Shown: positions 22,994 to 39,727, counted from the stretch's first letter. The stretch is 56,570 nucleotides of DNA from Schmidtea nova (GCA_044892505.1 CM097882.1:255316001-255372570), one strand, 5' to 3'. Notes: generated by a model from the sequence alone, not told the origin. Translations and numbers: made by a program.

Positions 22994-24453
22994 ATAGTAC
23001 CTATCTACATCAAAACCCATCGAATACACCCCCGAAATTTATATAACCACATGTGTCTGCATCTTACATCCAGCAAATTTCAATTGTTTCCATCCAGCAT
23101 TCAATACAACACACAGACACATATACTTGCATGTAATCACACACAAACTCCTATCTTCGCATTATTATTTTAAACCCTACCCATTCGTTTATGGACAGAC
23201 GGAAAATTCATAAAATCTGTAATTCCCAATAACCAAAAGCAAATATTGGCAATCATAACTCCCCAAAACCTCAAATCATTTGCAACTACAATACCCATCG
23301 CCATAATGATCTAATGTTTCTTAACGTTCCACCCCTTACAGTCGAAATAGAAATGTTGGAAACCGTTTGGTGAGGCCATCATACTAAGGTAGATTAGGGT
23401 GTCATGATCAGATCATCATCAAGTTACTACCAGGTCGTTATTTCCACTAATGGTATGATAAGATAACAGTATGTTCAAAATGGGGAATAAACCGCAACAG
23501 GGTCGTTAGAATTTCGAATCACCCATTCATGCAATTTCAACATAAATTTTTATATTTTAAAGAGAATTAAAAATTTAAAAAATTCATAATGTTTTATTTT
23601 ATACTTTTAATAACTTGTACATAGAAATTATAAAAAAATCATTACTATCAGAATTTATTTATAAAACTAAACGAAGCCAAATTTTTTTTTCACGAAAAAT
23701 TTACTTCCAAGTTTGATTAATCAGAACAGAGAACGATTTCTTATTCATGAAGTTAGTACAGATATAAAATCATTGCAGACGTAAAACCACTGCACATCTG
23801 TGAAGTTTTCTTGCCATGCTGCCATGAATGCAAGCTGGGAAATAGATTGGTGATCATTTGTTTTTTTTAAATTTTGAGATAGAAAATCAAATCACAATAA
23901 AATCCACCATAAAAGAGATGGCGAAAAATTAGATCCGTAGAGAAAATCGGCTTAGAAGGAGAATTTTCTGAAATTATCTTACTCCGTAAACAGCCAACAA
24001 AAAATCCAGAGTGGAAGAATTTCATTGAATAAGTTATCTGGATGTGATAGGTTTCGATCTACAATGTGTATTCATTGGAACGATTGCTCTGAATAGGATT
24101 GATACCATTATAAAGGAGAATGAAATAATACAAAATTACTTGTAAATTAAGTTTCTTTTGCTTTGAGGGAAATTCGAATTTTCAACTACTTCTAAAAATA
24201 GCTGTCTAAAAATCAATGAAATATTAATATGAACGATATGTATTAGAGTAAACTAACCAATAAAAATCATTTAAATTTGGAAATACGTTTATATAGTTAT
24301 TTTAAGAATTAAAATTTACCATTTTGAGGGATAAAAGAGAGCGGAAAAAGACCAAATTTTGTAGTTGAAAATTAATTACCCTATCTCCTTGCTTTTATCT
24401 ACAGTAAAATCTTAAGGTTTTTAAAGCCCAGGTTTTCCTTTTTAGCAGTGGCT

Positions 24454-24723
24454 GTAACCGTTGCTGTTGTCAAGGCCTCGACAAAAAATTCAAATGTTAT
24501 AATTTTCAGAATTTTAATAAAAATTTTATAAAATTTAATAAAGCAAGATAGACATTAGGTATAGGGGATAAATAGAGTTTAATTAAAATTTACTAATGAC
24601 AAAAATATACAAATTTAAAAAGTATAGAAAATAATAAAGTTTGATTAAAATCATCGAAAATTCAAATACCCCGAATTATGTGATAGATCAAAGATTTTTC
24701 GACCTCTGAATTGAGTTGGCGAT
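24454..24723 (+). repeat. Diverged direct repeat of 16405-16672
   Basis: See partner. Confidence 0.85.
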
Positions 24724-24889
24724 AGTATACTTGAGGTTAAACTGGCAATCAATAATGAATGTGTAAAAATCCCTGTGATTTGAGATAAATTTTGTGTACA
24801 ATAGTTGGTTATGAAAAATCGATAAATGTTCATCGATCAAAATGGTTTTATCTTATGAATTTAAAATGAATATTTTAAATTAAATGTTA

Positions 24890-25053
24890 GAACCTTGTTT
24901 TCGGGAGCCTGAAGTTCCTAAGTAAAGCGTCTCGAAAAATTCACGCGCGCTTTAGTTGGGAAATTCATGCTCGAACGAAACCGAAGTTCATTTTACTCGA
25001 TGTCGAAAAATATTCATTGAAGAATTTATGACTTATTTTATTTTTATTCTTAT
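24890..25053 (+). repeat. 164-bp perfect direct repeat of 18378-18541
   Basis: See partner. Confidence 0.95.
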
Positions 25054-25083
25054 ATTGAATGTGTTATGAATGTATAATTTTAG

Positions 25084-25647
25084 ATGTCAGAAATGAACTT
25101 AGAACAAAAATTCGAGGAGATGCACAAATTGATCCTGGAAAATGACCGACATAATCGCCGGGTAGATCAGTGCTTCGCCGAGATAGAAAAGGCGAAAACC
25201 TCAAACACTGACGCGCTGCAAATAATGACTTCCCGGATGGAGAAGTTCCTAGCGCGATGTCGGGACATATAGTCGACGTGGTCGGTCAAGGAGACCGTCG
25301 ACAAACTCCGAAAACAGAATCAAATGCTGTTACAACAGGCTGCGGACGACGCAATGAGACTGCGGGCATGCCGAGTCACGATCCGAGAACTGGAACTCCA
25401 AAACGAAAAGCTGAAGACGGACAGTGGCATAATTTCTGCAATACTGCCAAAGCCACCCTGCCTTTCCCAGGAATTATTTCCAGTGAGGGTCGAAGAAGAG
25501 ATCTTGACACCTCCGGTTCCAGCAAAAACGACAAGACAGAAACATAATAAAGGGGTGAGGGCTCGACGAAGACGTCGGCGGGAATCGAGATTGCTGGGGC
25601 AAATCCGCAAAGAGTCCTCAGAAGTGATCGACATTACTTTATTGTGA
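25084..25647 (+). pseudogene. Orphan ~187-codon coiled-coil ORF with Arg-rich C-terminus, one in-frame TAG at 25270-25272
   Basis: Track ORFs 25084..25272 and 25324..25647 are in the same frame with an open linker (DI*STWSVKETVDKLRKQNQMLLQ); GC content is far above the flanks. Confidence 0.6.
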
Positions 25648-25880
25648 TATAATCGACAATGAGTATTTCATCTTGTATTTATTTGTTTTACTTTGTAGTT
25701 TATGCTGTTGTTTTTTTGCTAACATTAAAGTTTTCTCTTGTATCTTTTGAAATATTTATTGGTTTGAATGTTTAATGGAATAAATTGATGAATGGAATAA
25801 ATTGAGTAAAATCAACTGAGGTCTAGTAGTAAATTAAGTTCAGTATAACTCATGAATTTTTCTGAAGTAAATAATGCATA

Positions 25881-26116
25881 GGAGGGACAAAATGGGCATA
25901 AAACCTTCTATTGGTAGCCCTTGGACCCAGAAGATATTCGGTCAATCATAGTTTCGTATTGACGACGCTCACTGATTGCGAATACCCACCCACTTGTTAC
26001 AGTACCAACGTTACATAGTGACGGGTAACAAGATGGTTATTTCAATGTTTTATGTGTTGAGTTGTTGATATGAGCCATAGCAACGTCAAGGCTATATTGA
26101 CGATCAACAACCCACC
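25881..26116 (+). repeat. Conserved block A, copy 2
   Basis: Reverse complement of 11606-11841. Confidence 0.95.
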
Positions 26117-26425
26117 AATTGATGGAAATAATTGACTCTATTATGTTTTAAATTTTTGATCGGAAAAATCGAGAATTCAGAGACAGTAAGGTACGAAAAC
26201 ATCTCGGAAAACCCAAAGAACTTTAATAATCCTTGTACGAATGATTTTATTCTGTTTATTCTTGTGTTATGTGTACCTGAAATGGATCATTGCCTGAATT
26301 ATTGATGTTTTGATGTTGAAAAAAGGGTTATTTTGATGCAATAATAAATTTATATTGATGTAGATTGTTTATTTCAAAATTCCGATTAAAATATTGTTGA
26401 ATGCTTGTAGTTAGATTGTTGAAGA

Positions 26426-26648
26426 AGGGACAAAATGGGCATTAAACCTTCTATCGGTAGCCCTTGGACCCAGGAGATATTCAGTTAATCATAGTTTCGA
26501 ATTTTTGACACTGCCTGATTGCGATTTGTTGCATTACCAAAGTTACATTGTGACGGGCAACAGGATGGTTAATCTAATGTTTTGTATGTTGAGTTGTTGA
26601 TGTGAGCCATAGCAACGTCAAGGTCATATTGACGATCAACAACCCACC
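26426..26648 (+). repeat. Conserved block A, copy 3 (more diverged)
   Basis: Tandem to copy 2; its upstream flank 26330-26425 matches the reverse complement of 11842-11950. Confidence 0.93.
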
Positions 26649-29134
26649 ATTACTACTATTGAGAGAAAATTAATAATTCACCTTGTTGGATATATAATTC
26701 AAGTCTGTATTATTTTCTAACTCATCGTGCTCTTATTTAAATCAATGAAGATTACCCAACAATTTAGGACAAAATTTACAATTGTATATTACATTTTTTA
26801 ATTTAACTGCACGTTCCTGTGTTAGGAGTAAGTTGTTCTAATGAAAGATCGTATTTTCTGGTTTCCGAAATCGATTTGATTTGTTGATACTATCTTCTTT
26901 ACATTGTTTAGCCTACTAACCTTTCGAGAATTCAGAATCGTTCACGAAATATTTCTTCGACTAACTTATTTGCTTCTGTTTTTATAGTATTTTCCAAATT
27001 GAACTTTTTCCATTCTAATTTAATTTCTGAAAGGTGCCTCTCATGGTCTTCAAATTTAATTGCAATTTGTCTGGTTTAATTTTTAAAATCAATTTGTTTT
27101 CTTGTTCTCTCTCCCACACAACTAATTCGTTTTGGTAATTGAATCATTTTGTTGACGATTAAAGTTACCCATACATCTCGGTTTTTTCTAAATTTCGGGG
27201 TTTCCTACAATTCATTTGTTTGGAGTAATTGAATCGATTTATTGACACGGACTTTTCCACACTGCTCGGGGTTTCCATTAGGTGATTATTATTTTTTGAT
27301 TAGTTTGATTTTCTTAATATTTATTTCTGGGGATCTCCATTGATTCTTATTTATTATATTTGGATTCGTTTTATCATTTGACATCCAGGTTCCCCTAATT
27401 AAATATTTATTTCTAATTTTTCTTGATTTAAAAAATTATTTTGCAATTTAATTACTGATTTTTAAATTTTGATGTTTTTATTGATTTTCAATTAGTTTTT
27501 ATGTATTTTATTGTTATTTCGTACTTATTCAGACGAACCACAATAACTTTGATAAGGCAAGTATACATAATAAACTCTTAAGTTTTCTGAAATTAATTTA
27601 TGTTGTCGTCAGAGCGTATAGAGTGGAATTTTGGTGGCTTCCCGGCGTTATGACAAGTTCCCATTAGGCTGACGCGTTGACTTGAATTTTCTCAAGTCAA
27701 TGCATGTCTAGATGGATCATTTCGTATCAGAAATAACCGTGGTTTTGTGGACTTTTTAAAGCTAAATCGGGTAGAGAAATAAAGTAATCTTAAAATCCAA
27801 GTGAGAAAATATTTATCGAAAAATACAGACAGAACACTGTGAAAACTTTCAAAATCAACAAATAATCATAGAAAAATTCGAATCAATTGGGAATTCTCAA
27901 ACGGGATGCTATTCAAATATTTGAAAACTAAATGGGTGTAGGATGAAAACAAATGGGTCTAAATTCCAGATAGTATTATGCGATGTTGTTGAAAAGTATA
28001 GATTGTTTAATCGAATGGACCTTAAAAAGATAAGATAGTTTTGAGTAAGATCTTCTTTGGACAGCTAGGAACCCGAAAGAAGAATGCAATAAGAAATAGT
28101 TTAGAAAAGAAAATAGATCACCTGCTCATTGGTTCTCGTACCACCGTATACATTACCAAGATAATCACCGAAGAGTTTTTATGGATATACTAATGAGGTA
28201 AGTTGTACCATATGGTGGTGTCTAGGTAACAGTAACATTAGTAACAAAAAAGTAAAACAACCCATACGCCAACAGCTAATAGCCAGAATAAGATCTGCAA
28301 ATTTTCCGAAAAAAATCCTTTGAGAATCTACCCATTTGCATATCAATTGGACATTGTTTTGGTCAAAGTGTGTTATTAAACAATAAATAAATTCTAATTG
28401 TTGTGTTTTCTTTCGAATAATTATGGACACGAGGAGACAGATTTGGATCAGTATCCTAACAAAAATGTTATACCCCAACACTACTAACAATCAAAAGCGT
28501 TCCATTATCACTTCCGTAAAATATAATGCTATAAAGACCTGATATGTCGGGTTTTCCAAAATAGACAAGTCGATCTCGACATAAACGAATTGATAAACAA
28601 TTAATAGAGATTTAACCGTAAAAATATGAGAAAAATTTCTTTTTTTGCGAGCACATAAAAATGACAGCACAAAAACAATAAAAATGATACGAGTTCATCA
28701 TATGAAATACTAATTCCACTTATTTCATCGAATTGAGGTCCTGTCGTCGGATTGTTTCATTAGTGTTATGAAGTCACCAAATTTTATGTAAATTTCTTTA
28801 GCGGCTTTTAATAGTCCTTTTATTTCCCCATTAAAACCTTTTCTTATTTTTCTTAAAATAAATTTTTTTATAAAAACTTTCTTTCATTAAAAATAATTAG
28901 AAAATTTGTTAAAAAGAAGAAGAAATCTAAAAGATATTTAGGTCATTAGTCAACTAAATTAGACACGGTCGACATCAATAAAATCATTTATTTTTTCTTC
29001 ACCTTTAATCTATTTCCATTTACAATGACTATTGGCCTGCGTAGATATCATTAATTGTAAACTAAATAACTCAACATCCCCTATCACCGACAGATTAGCA
29101 CAATTTTTGTTCTAAATATTTTGTTCCCCCTTAA

Positions 29135-29367
29135 CCCTTTCGCCCCTATTGGGACAATACGTCCCAGAAACTTTCATCATGATCCTACTGGGATATTTTC
29201 AAAGCAATTTGCGGTGTTAAAGTTTATTTTCAGTGTTTCATTGTTCTAGGATATTCAGAAGCGCCACGATTACAAAAATGAGAATATTTCATATTTAGGT
29301 CAATATTAACAAGTTCCAATATATAAATTTAGCATAGTGTCATTAGCGGAAAGTCGGTGCGAAAGGG
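29135..29367. mobile_element. piggyBac-type MITE (233 bp)
   Basis: TTAA on both sides (29131-29134, 29368-29371); TIRs CCCTTTCGC.. / ..GCGAAAGGG. Confidence 0.8.
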
Positions 29368-29467
29368 TTAAGTATGAAAATTTAGGAAGCAACCAAGTAT
29401 TCGTTTTTATTAAATTATAGATATTTTTAATCAAGGAAATTAAACTATTTTTCAGAAGTCTGAAAAT

Positions 29468-31029
<1,562 letters not shown>

Positions 31030-31974
31030 GTTTATCGCGATGCACCGAGCATGCGTTACGTAACCGCAAAATTTAAAAACTAAGATTCTGTGCTTGACTA
31101 AGCTTAATTTTATTTCTAATTCGGAAGTTGAAAAATACTTAAAATATTTTTGTTATCTGTTAAAACTTTTCTATCTTTAAGATAAAGATAACAATGAAAA
31201 TCTAATTATTAATTGTGTTTCATCTAGTAAGCAGTTCTGCTGGTCTGGATCTTAAATGTAAATATTTTTAAACAGTTTCTAATTTACAGACATTTTTCTA
31301 AAAATAACAGAAAATCTTTATCTATTTCAGAGTTGTATTTATTTTGTTTTCGACTTTTCTATTCTGATTTCAGATATTTTTAAAAATTAATTTTTTTGTT
31401 ATTATTTATCGCTTTTGATATTTCTTTAGATTTCGGTTTCTTAACAATTTGCTAAGTGGGCCACATCGTAGCACATTTTTATTAGCAAAATATTGTTTCT
31501 GCGCGATTGAAAACGTTCGAATAAGGAACCGCTCGTAAAAGGATCGTGCAAAATGAGAGTTTGCTTCACCGGCAACCCAATTCGCAACTAAACATTGCAT
31601 CATACGGAAGATAAACAAATTCCCTATATTATAATTATTATAGCTGATAATAAAATTTTTCGATATGGAGCCAAAATCTGGCCATGCAACACGACTTCTC
31701 CATGAAAACGCATCTGGGCCCCTATCCAATATATTCCACTAAAAAATAAATTTCTTGATTCTAGTTTTATTTATTTCTACAAAATGTTAAATCAAAATAA
31801 TTTAATCTAACCTTAAATTAAAAGAACGCAAAAGATGCTGAAGTTCAAGTTTTTTCTTGAATAATTTGTTTAAATAAACTTGCTGGGACAATTGTGTTTA
31901 GAAAAATTATAAAAACAAATATATTTGTTACAGAGAAAATTTAAGAAAGGCAGTCGTTTAGGGCCCCAAAGCAT

Positions 31975-32250
31975 TCTAGTGGTCGTCAATGCCATTTTGT
32001 TGTTTTATCTCGTCCGTGAAAAATCTTTGAAGATCAGTAAGTGGTAAATTTATAATCCGATTCTTAATTAGATTCACCTGATTGTTCAGTATTAGTGACG
32101 TGATCACTAACTTGTAAATCATCTTCATCGGCTTCACTCTGATTTTCAGATATTTCTTCCTCTGATTGTATTTCATTCCATAACTTTTGCAATTGTGCTA
32201 CTTCTCATTCATAGTCTCTCATTTCTTAAATAAATATATAAAATATTTAG
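31975..32250 (-). pseudogene. Degenerate piggyBac-like transposase N-terminal fragment
   Basis: Acidic LQKLWNEIQSEEEISENQSEADEDDLQVSDHVTNTEQ followed, in a shifted frame, by GRDKTTKW; resembles PGBD4-like N-termini. Stops and frameshifts present. Confidence 0.4.
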
Positions 32251-32986
32251 AATAAAACGTATGTATGCAAAATTTTATAAAAGGCCAAACAATGCTAACT
32301 TTATTAGTCGCAAGACGGTCGATATGACCATTCTCAGAAACAAAGCGTAATAACGTACACACTACACCAAATCAAACCCTCAACTAACTTGCAGTAACAG
32401 CATTAGTAAGTTTTGGAAGCATAACTAAATGCAGGGCGTTAAGTGGTAAGGAGTGAGCAAATTTTGAATTTATCGGTCTTTTGAACATATTAGCGATAAT
32501 TACCTGGTTAAAAAACTGTAAACCAGTGCAGTAACTATATCATTTTCTGGAAACTATATTTTGCTTTTTATTCCTTTTAAATTTATACGGAAAATTATTT
32601 AAATGCAGTATGAAAAATAAATTCAATTCATCCCTGCATTAAAATTTACAGCATGACCTTTTCACATAGGTCATTATTATGATTATTTGTTTATGACTAT
32701 TATTGCAGTTGTCGACGAATTAAAAAATTAACAACTATTAATCTGACTCCAAAGCGTGCTTTCGTTGGTAACAATAATGAATTTCAAACCATTTAAATAT
32801 TTATTGATCAGAAAAATTCCAGCTGAGTCTTCACTTTACTAATTATAACTATAATGATTAGATAATTTCACAGATTTTAACTGACTGCTTATAACACCAC
32901 TTCTTGAGGAAAAGCACTGTTCAATAAAAACTTAGGATTCATCATTCTTTAACTACTGGTTTCAATCTCAATATATTCGTATAAAT

Positions 32987-34197
32987 CAGCGGTCAGGGAA
33001 CCGGGTACCAATGAAACTTTCAGGGGTAATAAGGATATTTTTCAAATTTTCTATATACGTGTGGGTGACATAAATATTTTTAGTGAAGCCTCCAAACCTG
33101 CGATTTTCGATCTGGTGCATCCTAAATGCGCAAAAAACCCGTAGTTCTAAATCTATTCACTACTATAATAGGTTAACTTGATTACTAAGAATGTAAAAAC
33201 ATTAATAAAGGTAATATGTTTTTTGTCATGAGTGTTCATCTATTTCTTTCTTTTAAAGTCTTTTTAAAAAGCAGTCACTTTTCAATTTCAATCCAACTTC
33301 ATTATTGTTATAATGAACAGTAACCTAAACCTGTATGGTTTAGTTTTTGAATTTTATTGTATTAAAAATTACTTTCATTTATGTATAATGTTTAAAGCTC
33401 AACGCCAGTTTTGATATTCAAGGTAAACCATAATTTGAAATTTAATTCAATCTAAATGCTTTTCAATTACTGAATTTTACATCCTTCAAATAAAAGTTGG
33501 TAAAAATAGGCAAAGAACATATAAAGAAGAATTCCTCAATTACAGCTTTACGGAAATAGGAGATAAAACGTTGTTGTATGTTTAAAAAAGTTGACTACCG
33601 AATCTTTCAAAAAAAGTCAATTGAAAAAACATAACTTGCATCCACATTTTTCTTCCAAACCACGGGAATATTTTGCAAATTTAGAAAAATCTGTCAAAAG
33701 GCAAAGATTAAACAACAGTTGCTTAGGTATATTCGATCAATGCTTAGCATCTAAGGCTAGCTTTGAAGTAGCCAAGCTAATTGCCCGAAAAAAGCTACAC
33801 ACTATTGGTAAAAATTTGATTAAACCAGCAGCTGTTAAAATAGCAGAAATCATGTGTGGTCAGAAGGAAGCGAATACACTAAATGCAGTTCCCTTGTCTA
33901 CAAAAATTGTAAAAGAAAGAATTTCTATCTTAGCAGAAAATATGAATGAACAAATTATTTTCTCACTTAAACAAAGTAAAGAAAAATCGCGCTCACGTCA
34001 AAAACTCCTGATTTTGAAGTCATTATGTTGATGTTTAAAATTTTTATTGACTCATAGATAGTTTTTATGTAAATTCCAATAAATTTAACAAATAAAACAC
34101 GTTTATCTTGCTTTATTTGCTTTTTGGAATATAGGGATAATAGCAACCTATGCAAAACTATTTTGGGGTAATGGCTCAAAAAGTTCTCCGGCCACTG
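32987..34197 (+). mobile_element. Internally deleted Buster/Charlie-type hAT with a ZBED5/FAM200-like transposase fragment (33591-34031)
   Basis: ASKASFEVAKLIARKKLHTIGKNLIKPAAVKIAEIMCG..LNAVPLS..ERISILAENM; imperfect TIRs CAGCGGTCAGGGAACC vs CAGTGGCCGGAGAACT (11/16); flanks GTATAAAT/CTCTAAAC share a central TA. Confidence 0.65.
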
Positions 34198-34285
34198 CTC
34201 TAAACTATCCATGTTTCCCTGGTAATTTGAATATTTTGTTAATGACTTGGGTTTTTCATACGACTTGGGTTTCCAATTAGGTAAA

Positions 34286-35214
34286 TGTTGAGGATACCTA
34301 AATAATAAAATTAAATATTATCATAAATAAATAAAAATAACTTGGGGGTAAATTGACATGGTAAACGATATGATGTTCTAGAATTCAGAGAAGAAAAAAT
34401 GAGAGCATAATATTAAAAAATAATAATATAATAGTAAAATTACAGACATCGAACAATAAAGTAAAAGAAGTTCATTGATAATTAACAAGCACAAAAGGGA
34501 TAAAGGAATACCAAAATTGAAAACAAACACAAGAGGAAAGTTTATATCTTGACAGCTTGTCGAAGATAACAAGAGTGCAAAAGAAAAAATAACATTTCTC
34601 GACAGCTGTCAGAGATAATGAAGGAGCTATGAAGAAAGAACTGAGTTTGTTAGAGGCAAAGAAATAGGAAAACAAAAATAATGTCAAGTAACATTCTTTA
34701 AAGGTCAATCTATAAAAGGAATAAACCGCAGTTGTTGAATCAGAAGAAATTTTAGTAGAAGAGAAAAAGTTAGTGGAAGTTAATCAATTAGTGGAGGCAA
34801 AAATATAGAGTAGAAATTGAGAACGCAGTAAAAATGAGTTACTAATGATTTATTGAGGTCAATGTAGAAGCAGCTAGTCCAAGATCACACAAATAATAAC
34901 AGAGGAAAAGCCTAACGAGTAAAATTACTAATTCAAAGCTAGAGAACAATCATATCGATCAGTTAATTGTTGAATCTAAGTCAGTAGTGAGTGATCGTTA
35001 AATTTTATGTATTATACACTAATGATGTTCTTCACGAATTATCGTAATAAGCACTGTATAGAAACCTATGATGATATTGAATTGGTCGTGTCATATGATT
35101 ATGCATAGCCATTTGTGGTAATCAATAAAGGTTTATATTATTTAAAATTGTTATAAAGCACCCTTGGAGTCAGATAATTAATAGGTAAATTTATATTTCA
35201 CCAACAACCCAACA
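34286..35214 (+). mobile_element. Solo-LTR-like element, copy 1
   Basis: TGTTG...CAACA termini; shares TGACAGCTGTCAGAGATAA and tail motifs with copies 2 and 3; flanks TAAA/TAAT (3/4). Confidence 0.7.
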
Positions 35215-35853
35215 TAATTGATATTTTAATAATTTGTTTTTCTTTTATTTCTGGATACCCCATTTTGATTATATATTATTATATTTGTATTCGTCTCATC
35301 ATTTGGCATCCGCCCATACCAGTTTCCCCTAAACATTTAGTTTTTATTTTCCAAGTTTTAAATTAATTTTTGTACCTTAATTATTATTTTTTGAATTTTC
35401 ATGTTTTTATTGATTTCACTTAGATTTTGTGCTTTGTATTTTATTTCGTGCTTGTTTAGACAAAACCACAAAACAACGAGTAAAATTATTTGTATTTAAC
35501 TTAAATATCAATTATAAAAGAAATTATACAAATTTTGCTCGGCTAAAATTAAAATATTAAAAGAATAAAGATGTCAGATTATTTTTCCACGAAATTTATT
35601 AAACTTAAAATTTTATTAATTTTATTAATTTTATTAATATTTTATAATTAAAGTTTTTTTGCCATGGCATTTGCAACCACAAGTATTGTATTGCATAAGT
35701 TTATCGTTAGTATTTTAAGTAATAAAGGTAAGTAAAGGAATTTAGAAAAGACAATAATTTGTTTCAATCTGTATCACAGTGGCCAACCGTTTCCATTCTA
35801 AAATTCAACTTAAAATCTGGAAATTATTTATGAAAAATTATTTTATTTCAATT

Positions 35854-36838
35854 TGTTGGGTTATTGGGTTGTTGGAGAAGCTTAAAAATTACCAATCAAC
35901 TTTCTGACTACGAATGCGTGCTTTATTAATCAATAGAATGACAATTACAACAGGAATCTTTATTGATATCACAACTGGTTTGACAATTATACTGGCACAC
36001 TGAATCAGTAACCTGAGGCATTTATAGAGTGCTTATTACAACACTATTGTGAGGAATAGCACTCGTGTATAATTTCTATCTAACGATCACCAACTACTGA
36101 TTTAGATTTAATAATGGGTAACCAACTATTTGTTTTCTTTGCTTTGTCTTGAAATTCTACTTACAATTGTTTCAATAAATTTCTCAATAATCAATTTCTC
36201 AATAATCAATTTCTCAATAATCAATTTCTCAATAAACTTCTCTCGATCAATTTCAAAATAACTTCTTGTCGTAAAACTTCTGTTGCAAATTCTCGCCGTA
36301 ATACTTCTCCGCAAACTTCTCTACAAATATCTCTACAAATTTCTGTTACAAATTCGTTCTACAAAAACTTCTGTCTAAAACTTTTGTCTCTCCCTTTTTA
36401 TAGTTTGTCATTCTCCGGTACTTTTGCTGATTTGCTTTTTTTCCCATTCCTGCCGCTGGCATTTCCAATTTTCCTTTTTAGCTCCCGTGCTACCCATAGC
36501 CGTTCGGCACTCGGGACGATTTATTTTTTTTCCTTTTTGTCGCTGGCGTTTTCCAATGTTTTTCCCAGTTCCCGTGTTATCTTTGACAGCTGTCAAGATA
36601 CCGGTTTAGTTTTCGTTTCGTAATTTCGTAATTCCAATTTTGTTTTCTTGCACTTATTAATTATAAGTGACCTTTCTCCGTTTTATTTTTTATTTTGTTA
36701 CCCTTTCCTCATTAATCAATTTTTGTTTTTCCGTTTTATTCTCCAAGCTCCAGAATACTCTCTCAATCACCCTATCGGTTTTCCCCCAAGTTATTCAAAT
36801 TGTCTGAAAAATTAATTATTAATTATGTATTCCCAACA
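35854..36838 (-). mobile_element. Solo-LTR-like element, copy 2
   Basis: TGTTG...CAACA termini; 4-bp TSD AATT; internal 15-bp tandem repeat near 36177-36237. Confidence 0.8.
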
Positions 36839-38141
36839 AATTTCTTCAGATAAATTTATTTTAATATACTACCTTTTATACTTTTTTTTAGTTTTAAACG
36901 TATTTCTTCTAACTAAAACAAGAATAGTTTACAAAGCGCCACTGAAAGGCAGAAATTTAAATCATGCTTTAACTTTAAATTATTTTCTATAATTCAAATT
37001 TATCAATCAATGTTATCATGTTGTGGAAACAGAGTGCAGTAAACAAGTCAGGAATCGAGATGCATTTTGTGAATCCCTAAAATCAATGTTTTGCCTCTCT
37101 TGAAAAAATACCTGCTGCCACCCATGTTTCAGGTGTCAGCAAATTCGACCGTATAAGTTTTTTGGGTTTCCTTCGTTATTACCGCAGATTTTGTTAACTG
37201 CAGTTTTACCATTTATTTAAAATTCGGCAGCGCACCTATTAACTATAATTATTGAAAAATTGAAAAAGGCAGCGAACATTAAAAAACTGTTTCTCTCTTA
37301 TAATATGTCGTATAAATTTCATTTAAGTGGCAAATTCATGTATTCAATTTAGTTTGATTTACAATATGCAATCCAAGTGCCGTGTTTATGAGTCAGACAA
37401 TCATCCACTAACATCAAATGGTGATACTGAATTATAGATATACAGGATTGTGTGTAACAATTTCATATAACAATTTCATGTATTATTTTCCAGTTACGCG
37501 GCAAATTTGCAAATTTGGCGAATTTAAAAATTAATTATTTATTTAACTTAGAATGCTTTTCCCTAAGTTTAAATAAATAAATGTGAAACAAAGTCAAAAA
37601 GGATAATTTTGAGCTCTAGCTTAGAAATAAAAAAATTGAATAATTTTAAGAATGAATAATTATTTTTGTTAAAAGTAAGATTAGGATAAATTATTACAAA
37701 GCCAAATTGCTCAACGACCCTAGGAAAATAATGGACGCTTAACATTATAATTTACTTAAATTTAGTAACCTTGTTTGACAAAAAGAATTTTCCCGTAGAC
37801 TAGATTAGGTTAAACTTTTTCAATTTTTCGAGGATGGCAATGCTTGAATCAAGTTTTTTGATACTTAAATTTCACAAAAAATTAAAAAAATTTCCAAAAT
37901 ACTGGAAACGATATTCAACAATATATCTAGTTTAATAGATAATATTTCGGAAAAAAATTACAAATAAATAATTTAATTAATTAAAAATAAAAAAATAAAA
38001 TTCGAAAAAATATGTAATAGATATTTGATTGATGACGCGAGCAAAAATTGTTAGAAAATAATTCATAAAAATTAAAAAAAAATTTATTTTACAAATTTTA
38101 ATTAAGCCTACAGAGAATAATGAACACATTTCGTAATAGTG

Positions 38142-39727
<1,586 letters not shown>

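Noticed and set aside
28100-28560. Minus-strand coding-like remnant (ORF 28179-28490; GSDNG motif)
   Set aside because: Multiple stops in all frames and no family recognised.
37140-37270. Possible gypsy RT-connection relic (SFLGFLRYYRRF)
   Set aside because: One short motif amid stops; too weak to annotate.
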